From the NCBI GenBank assembly GCA_018657525.1, contig JABHWZ010000004.1, positions 26,245 to 90,244 of the forward strand: a stretch of 64,000 bases of DNA. Direction: 5' to 3'. The notes beneath the pieces are model-generated. The model made no database searches and was not told where the DNA came from. It saw nothing but the letters and a program-made list of their open reading frames with translations. The position numbers and the translations under genes were made by a program. Positions 26,118 through 36,100 of the stretch are shown here, in pieces. Position 1 is the first letter of the stretch; the number at the start of each line of letters is the position of its first letter. The DNA comes from an archaeon (GTDB lineage: Archaea > Nanobdellota > Nanobdellia > Pacearchaeales > GW2011-AR1).

Positions 26118-26540
26118 TTAACGTCTTCCCTTCTCAACCTTTCCGCTCCATAATCTATGAAGTGGTTGATCATTTACTTTTAGAACTTTATATCTCACAC
26201 CCGGAATATCTCCCTTCGAACGTCCCTGTTTTCCACCGATTCTTTCAATCATAACTTCGTCATGTTCATCAATAAATTTTTGCGCCAAGTTTCCAGGAAT
26301 AAATGCAGTTACTTGTCTCCCATTTTTAGTCAATTGAACTTTACAACATTTTCTCAAAGCCGAGTTCGGCTGCTTTGCTTCTTTTTGAACTTTCGACAAA
26401 ACAATACCTTTTGCCTGATTAGCACCTTCTAACGGATCTGACTTTGCATAAAGATTTAAAGTTCTAACTTTAAATTTTCTACTTTTCCATCGGAATTTCT
26501 TCCGGTCTTTCATTTTTTTCTGTGCTGATTTTAATCCCAT
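26118..26540 (-). CDS. rps12: 30S ribosomal protein S12 (uS12)
   Basis: [22 protein letters not shown]; ATG at 26540. Confidence 0.97.
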   Translation of the reverse strand: MGLKSAQKKMKDRKKFRWKSRKFKVRTLNLYAKSDPLEGANQAKGIVLSKVQKEAKQPNSALRKCCKVQLTKNGRQVTAFIPGNLAQKFIDEHDEVMIERIGGKQGRSKGDIPGVRYKVLKVNDQPLHRLWSGKVEKGRR

Positions 26541-26583
26541 TTTACTAATATAAACTAACAATTAATTTGCTTTATAAAGCTTA

Positions 26584-27000
26584 TTATTGAATCCGAAATT
26601 CTTTGCCAAAGAAATCTTTGATTATTTTTTGCATTTCTAAAAGCCGTCTTTTGTTTCTACCAATCAACGCTGCCTTGCTTTGACTTCCAGCAGTTAGAAT
26701 AATTTCATCTCCTTTAACTTCAATCTCCTTAAACTCAATCGGTTTTACAATAGCTGCAACAAACTTTTTCAAATCTGCAATGCCCTCGGGTTGAGGAATT
26801 ATTTTAATTCTCTTTTTTAAAACTTGACTTATTCTTTTAACATTTTGTGCATCTCTTCCAACAGCCATTTTTACAAATTGTCTTGGAACACAAAATAAAA
26901 CTTGATTATTATATGGAAAGCAAAATCGAGTTCTAACTCGAGTGACTTTTTCAAATAAATTCAATTGTCTCAAATCCTGCATATTTAATGTTTGTATCAT
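26584..27000 (-). CDS. nusA: Archaeal NusA (KH domains)
   Basis: AVGRDAQNVK, KAALIGRNKRRL; synteny upstream of rps12. Confidence 0.85.
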   Translation of the reverse strand: MIQTLNMQDLRQLNLFEKVTRVRTRFCFPYNNQVLFCVPRQFVKMAVGRDAQNVKRISQVLKKRIKIIPQPEGIADLKKFVAAIVKPIEFKEIEVKGDEIILTAGSQSKAALIGRNKRRLLEMQKIIKDFFGKEFRIQ

Positions 27001-27122
27001 TATTTTTCTCTCTCCAATAGTGCTGCTTTGAAAAATCTTTGATTAATTTTTAATCCCCTTATTTTCCGAAGAGTAATCTAATTTGCTTAAAATTGTTTGT
27101 CTTATAAATCTTTTGGATTAGT

Positions 27123-27926
27123 TTAATGTTTGACTATTTCTCTTACTTTGAGTTTATATTTCTTTTCTAACATTCTAACTTCCTCCTCAATTTGTTTAAA
27201 ATATTCTTCAGGATTATTAATAGCAAATTCAAAATCTTTAATTTTATCTGGAAAATTTTCTTTGATAAATGGATAAAATCTTTTCATTACTGATTTTCTA
27301 GTATTTAGAACTTCAACCCAAACATATTCACAAAAACTTAATTCCCTGAATAATTTTTCTAAATTAGTTATCCCGGGAAGTATCGGAGAAATAAATCCAT
27401 AAACTTTAATTCCATTTTCTTTGGCTTCTTTTAAAACTTTGATTCTTTCTCGAGGAGAACTTGCCAACGGTTCGATTTTTCTAGCCACATTTTCATCCAA
27501 AGTATTTAACGAACAACCAACTTCAACATTTAACTTTTTCAACAAATCAAAATCCCTTTTTATTAATGCGGATTTTGTAAGAATTTCAATTGTAAATTTA
27601 TCTTTAAAATCAGACTCAGAAATTATTTCTAAAACTTTTCTTGTAAGTTTGTATTTTGCTTCAACAGGCATATAACAATCACAAACACTTGCTAACCAAA
27701 TGTTTCCAGGCTTTTTCTTTTCTAATTCTTTCGGAAGAAGATCAGGACAATTTACTTTTGCAAAAACAAATTCTCCCCAAGCATCTGGAATTTTTTGGAA
27801 CCTTCGAATAAAATCCGCATAACAATATTTGCATCCATGCTGGCAACCAGTATACGGATTAATTACGTAGTCTGTTAACTTACTTATAGTCATACAACTT
27901 TTACATTGGATTTCTTTGATTTTCAT
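27123..27926 (-). CDS. Radical SAM protein (SplB/Rv2578c-like)
   Basis: NPYTGCQHGCKYCYA CxxxCxxC motif; ILTKS; IEPLASSPRER. Confidence 0.85.
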   Translation of the reverse strand: MKIKEIQCKSCMTISKLTDYVINPYTGCQHGCKYCYADFIRRFQKIPDAWGEFVFAKVNCPDLLPKELEKKKPGNIWLASVCDCYMPVEAKYKLTRKVLEIISESDFKDKFTIEILTKSALIKRDFDLLKKLNVEVGCSLNTLDENVARKIEPLASSPRERIKVLKEAKENGIKVYGFISPILPGITNLEKLFRELSFCEYVWVEVLNTRKSVMKRFYPFIKENFPDKIKDFEFAINNPEEYFKQIEEEVRMLEKKYKLKVREIVKH

Positions 27927-27971
27927 AATCTTAAGTCGCAAAAGAGGTTTATAAATTTAAGAAAATATTTT

Positions 27972-28223
27972 TTAGATAGAATTTTTGATTTTTATTCTAC
28001 AATCTAAATAGTCCCTCGAACATTTTCCATTAAATGTTGCTTCATCCTTTGCACTCTCACATTGATATGCCCAAGGACAGATTGTGGCTTCCCAACCAAT
28101 CGTTTGATTAGGTTCACCCATTTCGTAGATATATTCTAAAAAACTTTCTCTATCTAAGCAAATTTCATCTTCTTCATCTAACCATTTCTTTCTATAATCA
28201 TTTTCATTAGAATCTAATCCCAT
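27972..28223 (-). CDS. Small Cys-rich hypothetical protein
   Basis: 83-aa ORF. Confidence 0.5.
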   Translation of the reverse strand: MGLDSNENDYRKKWLDEEDEICLDRESFLEYIYEMGEPNQTIGWEATICPWAYQCESAKDEATFNGKCSRDYLDCRIKIKNSI

Positions 28224-28261
28224 ATTTGAACAAAATAAAATTCATTTAAAAAACTTTAGAA

Positions 28262-28507
28262 TTATTTATTCATCCAAATCTTTTTAAAAAAAGGTAAAGT
28301 CAAAGTTGATAAAATAAACGCCAGCGACGGAACAATAGAATTAATAAATGGTTTTGGAAGTCCAGCAGAATAAAAGAAAATTACAATAACTGCGTAAGTC
28401 AAAACTGAAATCGAGATTCTTCTTGTCCAACTTGTTTCCCATGCCTTGTCTAATTCCACTCGTTTGTTTCTTTCTTGAATTTTTTTGATTGATTTTTCAA
28501 TACTCAT
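28262..28507 (-). CDS. Small two-TM membrane protein
   Basis: ERNKRVELDKAWETSWTRR followed by two hydrophobic helices. Confidence 0.65.
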   Translation of the reverse strand: MSIEKSIKKIQERNKRVELDKAWETSWTRRISISVLTYAVIVIFFYSAGLPKPFINSIVPSLAFILSTLTLPFFKKIWMNK

Positions 28508-28531
28508 AATTAAAATAAAGAATGCAATTAT

Positions 28532-29068
28532 TTAAGGATTTTGGTTTGCATCAATTTCAAGTATTCTGTTTTTTAAATATCTCCAATTATAATAAGTCAG
28601 GTGTGGATTTAATGTTTTTGTTTCATCTGTCCCACAAATTTTATCCTCATCTTGATTGTATCCATAAATCGCAGGCATATCCTTCAGAGATCCTGTAACA
28701 TGGATTCTTGAGTTTCTTATTTTAATAACTTCCCCTTCCAATTTAGCCAAATCCCCTCCTGCCCGAGTATAAAGTCCTACAATCGGAACTTCTTTCTTAC
28801 ATGCTTCTACTGCGAGATTAATTGCTATCCTAGGACGATGAGAATAAAGTCCTTGTCCATATCCATATTCAATCAAAGCCATATCAAATTTATCTGGAAA
28901 TTCTTCTTGAGAGGGCATCTCTCTTGAAATCCCTTCCCAAAAAAATAATTCATCATCCCCCAACAATTGCGTGGCAAGAATATTATCCCACCCAGTAAGT
29001 TTCTTGGCATATAGACCCTTTGGAACATCTTGCTTCCACATTCTTTCATCACTAATTAATATTTTCAT
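28532..29068 (-). CDS. Hypothetical protein, possibly flavodoxin/receiver-like fold
   Basis: MKILISDE...FDMALIE strand pattern. Confidence 0.45.
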   Translation of the reverse strand: MKILISDERMWKQDVPKGLYAKKLTGWDNILATQLLGDDELFFWEGISREMPSQEEFPDKFDMALIEYGYGQGLYSHRPRIAINLAVEACKKEVPIVGLYTRAGGDLAKLEGEVIKIRNSRIHVTGSLKDMPAIYGYNQDEDKICGTDETKTLNPHLTYYNWRYLKNRILEIDANQNP

Positions 29069-29148
29069 AATTATCTTTATCAATTTATATTTAAAAGGAT
29101 TACCGAAGAGAAATATAGATTTGTAATTTTTTAACTTAAAAGTAATCC

Positions 29149-29691
29149 TTAAACTAACGCGTCAATAAAATCCGACTTAGTTACAACCCCCACAAATTTG
29201 CCCCTCTTCTCTACCAAAACTATTGGATAAAATTTTAACAATTGTTTTATAACACTCATTTCTGTTTTATGATTAATTATTGGGGGAGGATTCTCCATTA
29301 TCTCTTCAGCACTCAACTCTTTGATTTCTTCGATATCTCTCGACAAAATCGAAAATTCAGAAACTAATCCAATTATTTTATTTTTCTTAATTACCGGAAT
29401 TTGGGAAATACCATGTTTGTTCATTAATTTTATTATTTCTTTAACTTTCTCAATTGGATTAATAGAAATCATTTTTTTATTCATAATTTCAATAGCAGTT
29501 TTCTCGTGACTTTTTGTTAAATTTTCCAAAGCATTTTCTATTAGCTTCACCTTAGAATATGTTGGATCTAATCTTCCAGCTTCGATTTTAGCAATCATAC
29601 TCTGACTAATCCCCGCTTCTTTTGCAAACTGAAATTGAGTCAAACCAATTTGTTTTCTAATTTTCTTTAGTTGAGTTATATCAAACACCAT
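29149..29691 (-). CDS. XRE-HTH plus CBS-pair transcriptional regulator (COG3620)
   Basis: LTQFQFAKEAGISQSMIAKIEAGRLDP; CBS motifs GISQIPV and GVVTKSD. Confidence 0.9.
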   Translation of the reverse strand: MVFDITQLKKIRKQIGLTQFQFAKEAGISQSMIAKIEAGRLDPTYSKVKLIENALENLTKSHEKTAIEIMNKKMISINPIEKVKEIIKLMNKHGISQIPVIKKNKIIGLVSEFSILSRDIEEIKELSAEEIMENPPPIINHKTEMSVIKQLLKFYPIVLVEKRGKFVGVVTKSDFIDALV

Positions 29692-29780
29692 AATTATTCT
29701 AATTTATTCTAACTTTTAAATATTCCTATAAGAATAATTTTGTCAGAATTTTATTTAAAGAGAAAGAAAGTTAATTTGTT

Positions 29781-30386
29781 ATGGAAAATAAACGAATAAA
29801 AATAATAGAATTTAAGGATGGAACAAATATAGATTGGAAAGTAGATCATTTTGGGAAGACCCTCTGTAATTCGGGTTTATCTATCTTTGCAGATTATTGG
29901 CCTACATTTCAACAAGCGGATGATTTTAGTTTGCCATATTTTATGGATTTGGAAGAAAGAAAGATAGTTTTTTACTCTTTGTTGAAATCATCTCATGAGA
30001 CAAAACACAAAGTTCCCTGGACGCGAATACAAAAAAGATATACTGGTAATTATGTGTGTGCACGCGGATATGCAATATGTGATGTCAAATATAATCGTTT
30101 CTCTGAATATGTGGAGAAATCTGGTCCTCTTTGGGAGCATATCAGATATTCAGTTAATTTTGAAACTAGAGAAAAAGAAGAAAGCAGAGAAGAATTTTGC
30201 AAGTCTATAGGTAACAATGGCTATTCTTTTGATAAGGACCTTCCTTGCATCCTTCATTCCCCTCTACTAAACTTAAGTAAAGGGAGATTTAATTTAAAAT
30301 CACGAGAATGCTTCCTTACCAAAAATACATTTCGCTCTTTGGAAATTTTTCTGAATAATCAAGGAAGATTATTAGGGGAAAATTAA
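29781..30386 (+). CDS. Hypothetical protein
   Basis: 201-aa ORF. Confidence 0.55.
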   Translation: MENKRIKIIEFKDGTNIDWKVDHFGKTLCNSGLSIFADYWPTFQQADDFSLPYFMDLEERKIVFYSLLKSSHETKHKVPWTRIQKRYTGNYVCARGYAICDVKYNRFSEYVEKSGPLWEHIRYSVNFETREKEESREEFCKSIGNNGYSFDKDLPCILHSPLLNLSKGRFNLKSRECFLTKNTFRSLEIFLNNQGRLLGEN

Positions 30387-30387
30387 A

Positions 30388-30774
30388 ATGACAAGAAAAA
30401 AACCCAAAGATGGCTGGGTAGCATTGGATTCTGGAACAACCGGTTTTTACAATGCAATATCTTATACAAAATGGGGATATTATGATTCTGAAAAAAATGC
30501 GGCAATGTTTGTTGAATCTAGGGGAGGAAGAAAGACCTCGAGGATATCTTCAATACGAATTACAAGATCAAGGAATATTTCTCAATTAGAAAAAGAAGAA
30601 ATTCTCCGGACTCATCCAGAATATCAAAACTATCTCCGATCAATAAGGGCAGATGAAGAACGCAATAGAAGATACAGTAGGATGATTGAAGAAAATAATC
30701 AAAGGTTGAATAAAAAAGAAAAAAAAGAAAAAGCACGTAAAACAAGAGTTAGTAGAAAATATGGATTTAAATAA
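30388..30774 (+). CDS. Basic hypothetical protein
   Basis: 128-aa ORF starting 1 nt after the previous stop. Confidence 0.55.
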   Translation: MTRKKPKDGWVALDSGTTGFYNAISYTKWGYYDSEKNAAMFVESRGGRKTSRISSIRITRSRNISQLEKEEILRTHPEYQNYLRSIRADEERNRRYSRMIEENNQRLNKKEKKEKARKTRVSRKYGFK

Positions 30775-30780
30775 TAGTGA

Positions 30781-31416
30781 TTATTCCAACATCACATTAA
30801 AAATTCTAAATTCTGCTTTTCTTAAATGATTTTGAAGAGTTGTCCTTGGAACTTTTATTTTTCTTGCCAAATCTTTCAAAGAAATTTTTCTAGGGTATTC
30901 ATAATAACCATTTAATTTAGCAATCTCAAAAAAATTTCTCTGCTTATTTGTCAATTTTGGAACTGAAGTTTGGATAAAGATTTCTGGGACTTTTCGAGTT
31001 AAGGATAAGATATCTATTTTAGCAAATTTTTCTATTTTATCAATAAACTCCGTTAAATTTTTTCTATTCCATGATCCGATTTCCCAATACTCAAAACCTT
31101 TTTTTATTAGAACTGGTTTAATAAAAAATAATTCTGGATTAAAAAAATTAGCGGTATAATTTTTTCCTTCTAATAAAACAATAATCTGGTTATTTTTCAC
31201 TTCTAATTTTTTAACTGATTTTTCTTTTTCCAAACTTTTAATAAAAGCTTTTTTATTTTTTTCATCTCCATTTATAAAAATAACTGCCCCATGAAATTTC
31301 TTTTTGTTCTTCGAAAAATTATTCAGTGGAATCCCGACTGCAGTTATATTAAACTTTTTAGTTCTTGGAGCAATCCAATCTCTTTCATGTTTTATTTTAA
31401 ATTTGCCAAACCACAT
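30781..31416 (-). CDS. Bacterio-opsin-activator-like HTH (HTH_10) regulator
   Basis: LTNKQ...GYYEYPRKISLKDLARK...TLQNHLRKAE. Confidence 0.9.
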   Translation of the reverse strand: MWFGKFKIKHERDWIAPRTKKFNITAVGIPLNNFSKNKKKFHGAVIFINGDEKNKKAFIKSLEKEKSVKKLEVKNNQIIVLLEGKNYTANFFNPELFFIKPVLIKKGFEYWEIGSWNRKNLTEFIDKIEKFAKIDILSLTRKVPEIFIQTSVPKLTNKQRNFFEIAKLNGYYEYPRKISLKDLARKIKVPRTTLQNHLRKAEFRIFNVMLE

Positions 31417-31529
31417 AAGTGGATAAATTAATCATCATTTTTAAATATTGTGGTCATATGCCTACTAAAGCTATATCTATCGAGAGTTCAATCTTTTATT
31501 AATAAAATTGCTCACAAGAGCAGGAGAAA

Positions 31530-31841
31530 ATGAAAATGACAACAGAATATTATAAAGCAGAGTATGAAGAAATGAAAGGGATAGCTGAAAATCCAAATCA
31601 TCCAGTTCGTAAAGAGATAAGATCTCTTCTTGAAGATGGAATGGTTATAGAGATGGCCCCTGAAAGGACGTGGCCACATCCAGATGACTGCGGAGGTGTT
31701 GAGCAGGGATTTTATCGATATCTTATGGATACCTTTAATGCTGAATATGTAACAGTTGCATTTTCTCTTGAAATGGAATTTAGTCCAGAAACATTTAGAA
31801 AAAAATTTGAATTTTGTAAAAGTGCTTGGGGGATAAAATGA
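31530..31841 (+). CDS. Hypothetical protein
   Basis: 103-aa ORF with AGGAG SD; divergent from the HTH_10 regulator. Confidence 0.6.
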   Translation: MKMTTEYYKAEYEEMKGIAENPNHPVRKEIRSLLEDGMVIEMAPERTWPHPDDCGGVEQGFYRYLMDTFNAEYVTVAFSLEMEFSPETFRKKFEFCKSAWGIK

Positions 31842-32323
31842 TGCAGAAGGAATTTGAGAAGATTAAGAAAATATTTTACGAGAGAAATTTAAAAATAGAA
31901 ATAATTCAACATGAAGTTCCTAAAACTAGTGAAGAACTTGCAAGAACAGTTAATTATGATTTAAAACAAGGAATTAAAGCGATTGTTTTAAGCAATGGGC
32001 AAGGAGAATACCTTGTTGTTAATATTCCTGCAAATGAAAAAGTGAATATGAAAAAAGTAGCAGAGCAAATTGGATGGCCTAAAAGCAGGATAAAATTTGC
32101 ATTACCAGAAGAAGTCGAAATCCAAACAGGTTGTAAAATAGGAGAAGTTCCTCCTCTCTATCATAAAAAGAAACTTCCAATTTTGATTGATAAGAAAATT
32201 TATTGGAACAAGAATAATTTCTTTACTCCCGGAATAGTTTCCCATACTATTAAAATTAAAACGGAAACTTTAAAGGATCTTTTCAAGAAAGTTGATGCAA
32301 TTGAAGGAGAGTGGACAAAATGA
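31838..32323 (+). CDS. YbaK/ProX aminoacyl-tRNA deacylase family
   Basis: GIKAIVL (catalytic Lys), FALPEEV, TGCKIGEVPPL; ATGA coupling. Confidence 0.85.
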   Translation: MMQKEFEKIKKIFYERNLKIEIIQHEVPKTSEELARTVNYDLKQGIKAIVLSNGQGEYLVVNIPANEKVNMKKVAEQIGWPKSRIKFALPEEVEIQTGCKIGEVPPLYHKKKLPILIDKKIYWNKNNFFTPGIVSHTIKIKTETLKDLFKKVDAIEGEWTK

Positions 32324-32658
32324 GAGAAAAATATTTCACGAGGTCTGAAAAAAAGTTCTTAGGAATCATTAGTGCATTAGCTGCTGCGACTTTGATTTAT
32401 GGAATTTCTGTATTGCCTTCTATTCATGAAAAAGAGAGAAAGGCTCACCCAGAAAGAGTTTACTTAGATCAAGGAAGGGGGTATTTAGAAGATACTACTA
32501 GCCCTCCAGATGGAATTCCAGATAAAAGAGTAGAAATTTATTATATCCCAACCGGATCATTCCAATGGGATTATCCTTGCACTTTAGAAGAAATTAAATA
32601 TTTTCAGAGATATCAGGAGGATAAAAAAACCAATAGAAGATACAGGTTTCCCAAATAA
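32320..32658 (+). CDS. Membrane-anchored hypothetical protein
   Basis: N-terminal TM helix; DGIPD motif; ATGA coupling. Confidence 0.55.
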   Translation: MREKYFTRSEKKFLGIISALAAATLIYGISVLPSIHEKERKAHPERVYLDQGRGYLEDTTSPPDGIPDKRVEIYYIPTGSFQWDYPCTLEEIKYFQRYQEDKKTNRRYRFPK

Positions 32659-32719
32659 AAGATTATTATCCCCCTAAATAATAATAATAACAAAATAAAC
32701 ATTTAAAAACTTAAAAAAT

Positions 32720-33130
32720 ATGATTATGAAAATGACAATGATGCAACAAATACCTGCGGGTTTAACTCCAGGACAAATAAAACGAAAATATGGTTCAGGT
32801 AATTGGAACCTTTTTGTTCAAATATATCCTGATTATGCTTACGATTTATTTTCTCAATTGGGTTTGGCAGACTTAGGGCGGGCTATTTTGAATGAATGTT
32901 CTAGAAAAGAAATATCACTCTCGAGTAATTTATTAGAAGAGGTTCAATTAAAAATGGATTATTTAAATGAGAAGAGTTCAAGAAGAAGCGTTTCCTATAT
33001 GGGCTCAACAGAACCAGGCCCCCAAAAGGATAATGCTCCCTTGAGTCTAAACTGGAGAGATCAAAATGTCTGGGAAGGAAATGTGCGTAGTTATGAAGAA
33101 TCTGGAAATAATACTAGGATTTTTTTATAA
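32720..33130 (+). CDS. Hypothetical protein
   Basis: 136-aa ORF. Confidence 0.5.
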   Translation: MIMKMTMMQQIPAGLTPGQIKRKYGSGNWNLFVQIYPDYAYDLFSQLGLADLGRAILNECSRKEISLSSNLLEEVQLKMDYLNEKSSRRSVSYMGSTEPGPQKDNAPLSLNWRDQNVWEGNVRSYEESGNNTRIFL

Positions 33131-33168
33131 TCTTCAGAAAATATTTTTATTTATTACCTTCATCAACT

Positions 33169-36100
33169 CTACTTGTTTGCATTATCCACAGTTTTTGCCT
33201 TGGCTGTTTTCTTATCTTTGTCTTTCTTAATTAACGGACCAATAACATTAACTAACAATCCAGGAAGACCAGTTCCTACTGGCACCGGCTGATTAATAAT
33301 AATATTCTCAACAACACTTGTCAAATTATCCTGGCTACCTTTAATTGAAGCATTAATAAATTGTTTAACTGGCGTCTCGAAAGTAGCTCTTGCAAGTATC
33401 GAAGATTTTTGCGCAATTATTCCCATTCTTGTAACACCCTTAACTTCACCAGTATTACACATAGCATCTGAGATTAATTTTAAATGTCTCTTGTCGATAT
33501 CGATACCTTGACTATTCAACACTTCATTAACTTCATCCATAATTAATTGTCTCGCAGCCTCGATACCAAGAACTTTTGCAACTTCATGAAGATCGTTTGA
33601 AACTATTTTTTTCTTATTAACTTCTTTTAATTTTAACACTTCATCTAAGTTTGTCCCAAGCGTCATAATCACATAATTTGATTCTTTCTTTGCCACAAGA
33701 ATTTGCTCTACGCCCTTAACTCCTGAAATAATTGTATCCTTTAATTTTTCTTTTAATTTATAAATTTCTTTAAAATTAAACTCTTCAGCATTAACCTTAA
33801 TTGCATCTGGTTTTTCTTTTACTTTAAATCCTAAATCTTCTAATCTTTCTGTAATTTTTTTGATTGAAGTATGAGTTTGTTGTAGACCTTTTTTATTAAT
33901 AATTATTTCAATATTCTTTTCACTAAAATCTAAATTTATTTCTGAAGAAATTTCTTTTAACTTAACTTCTTTAATTTTTTCTGCAAAAACTCTTGCATCT
34001 TTTTCATTATTATATTCTTTCTCTAAATAGATTTCCATTTTTGGAGAAGAAGGTTTTTTTCTTGCATCGAAAATTTCAATCAATCTTGGTAATCCTGATG
34101 TGACTTGCATCTCTGCAACACCTGCCATATGGAAAGTATTTAGAACCATCTGCGTCGAACTCTCACCAAATGATTGTGCAGTAATTAATCCAATCGCTTC
34201 CCCGAATTCAACTTGTCCATCGTTCAAATGTAATTTACAAACATCTTTACCATCTTCACCAAATTTGAACTGGATTATTCTATTTCCAGAATCTCTTACC
34301 GTGCCGTCGTATTCAACTCTTAAATCTTGTAATGCATTAGCTAATCTTCTATACAAATAACCTGATTTTGGAGTTCTTAATGCAGTATCCATAAGTGAAT
34401 CTCTACCAGTAATTGCTTGAAAGAAAAATTCATCTGGTCTTAATCCTTTAATAAATGGACTATGGATAAATCCTCTTGACCTCGGAGACAAGTCTCCTTT
34501 TTTAAAGAATGACAATGTTCTATCATTATAACCGATTCCAATTCTTCCGCCCATAAATGCTTGCTGACCTACACATGAAGCCATCTGAGTAATATTCAAA
34601 ACATTTCCACCACCACCAGATTTAATCATATGACTTACTGGATTTGTAGCCGGGAATTTTTCTTTAACAATTGCACCAATCTTTGTTCGGATCTCATTTA
34701 ATGTTTGAAGAACTTTAATCTCTCTTGATTCTTCTGCAGTCTTACCAGGAATAATCTCCAATGTTTTTTCATTATAAGATTGAAGAATTTCTTGAGTTTT
34801 CTTTTCAGATTTTTTAATAATTTCTTCCCCTTCTTTTACAACATCTTCAGATAAATCCAAATCTTCTACTGAGATTGTAATTCCTCTTGAAGTTAAATAT
34901 TTTGTACCCAAATCAAAAACTTTCTTTAAAGTTCCAACCGCTTCAATTCTACCTAAATTTCTGTCTAGCTCTTTTACTAATTCTCCATCTTCTTCTGCAA
35001 AAGCTGTTTTGTCAACAACCCCACTTTCAATTTTTCCACCTTTGACCACTATAGAACTATTCTTAAAGTCAATCTTAGGAATAACTTCTGAGATTATATC
35101 TAATCCAGTGATTTGTTTCTTAGTAATTTCAGAATCAATTCCCGAGTTATATAATAACTGATTTGCTTCTGCTTTTGTTAACTCTGCTAGTCCTAATAAA
35201 TATCCCCCTGTAATTGAATCTGCTTGCGTTCCAAGTAAATTAGTATTATTCTTTGGAGAGATCAAATTTTGCTTAACATCCAATAAAATCTTCGCTTCAG
35301 CACGAGCCTCTTCGGTTTGAGGACTATGGATATTCATCTCATCACCATCAAAATCAGCGTTATAAGGGAATGTTGCCGCAGGATGTAATCTAAAAGTTCG
35401 TCCTGGTAAAACTTTAACATAATGAGCCATTAAACTTCCTCGATGTAACGACGGATGCCGATTAAATAAAACAATGTCTCCATCTTGTAAGTGTCTTTCA
35501 ACTCTATACCCAATATCTAATTCTTCAATAATTTCTTCTTTTAATTCTTCAGTAATCTTTTTTCTTTTCCCATCTGGCCTAATAATATAATTTGCTCCAG
35601 GATATTCTTTTCCTTTTTTAATTAATTTTTTCAATTTTTCAATATTTAAATCATTCACTGTTTCAGCAAAAGTAACTATCTCAGCAATTTCATAAGGAAC
35701 CCCAACTTCATTAATTTCTAAGGAAGGATCTGGAGATACAACTGAACGAGCAGAATAATTAACTCGCTTTCCTGCAAGGTTCTTTCTAATTCTTCCTTCT
35801 TTTCCTTTAATTCTTTCTGTAATTGTCTTCAATGGTTGTCCTGATCGATGTCTTGCAGGAGGAATTCTCGTAGTAGTATTATCAAAGAATGTCGTAATAT
35901 GAAATTGCAATAAGTCCCACAAATCCTCAATGATAACTTCTGGAGCACCAGCATTTAAATTTTCCCATAGTCTTTGATTAGCCCGGATAATGTCTGAAAG
36001 TTTATGAGTTAAATCATCTTCTGATCTCTCCCCTGACTCCAAAATAATACTTGGCCTAATTGTCACAGGAGGAACAAGCAACATTGTGAGAATCGCCCAT

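Noticed and set aside
26984-27132. 11-bp repeat tttaatgtttg near the nusA start and the radical SAM stop
   Set aside because: Low complexity and too short to count as a duplication.
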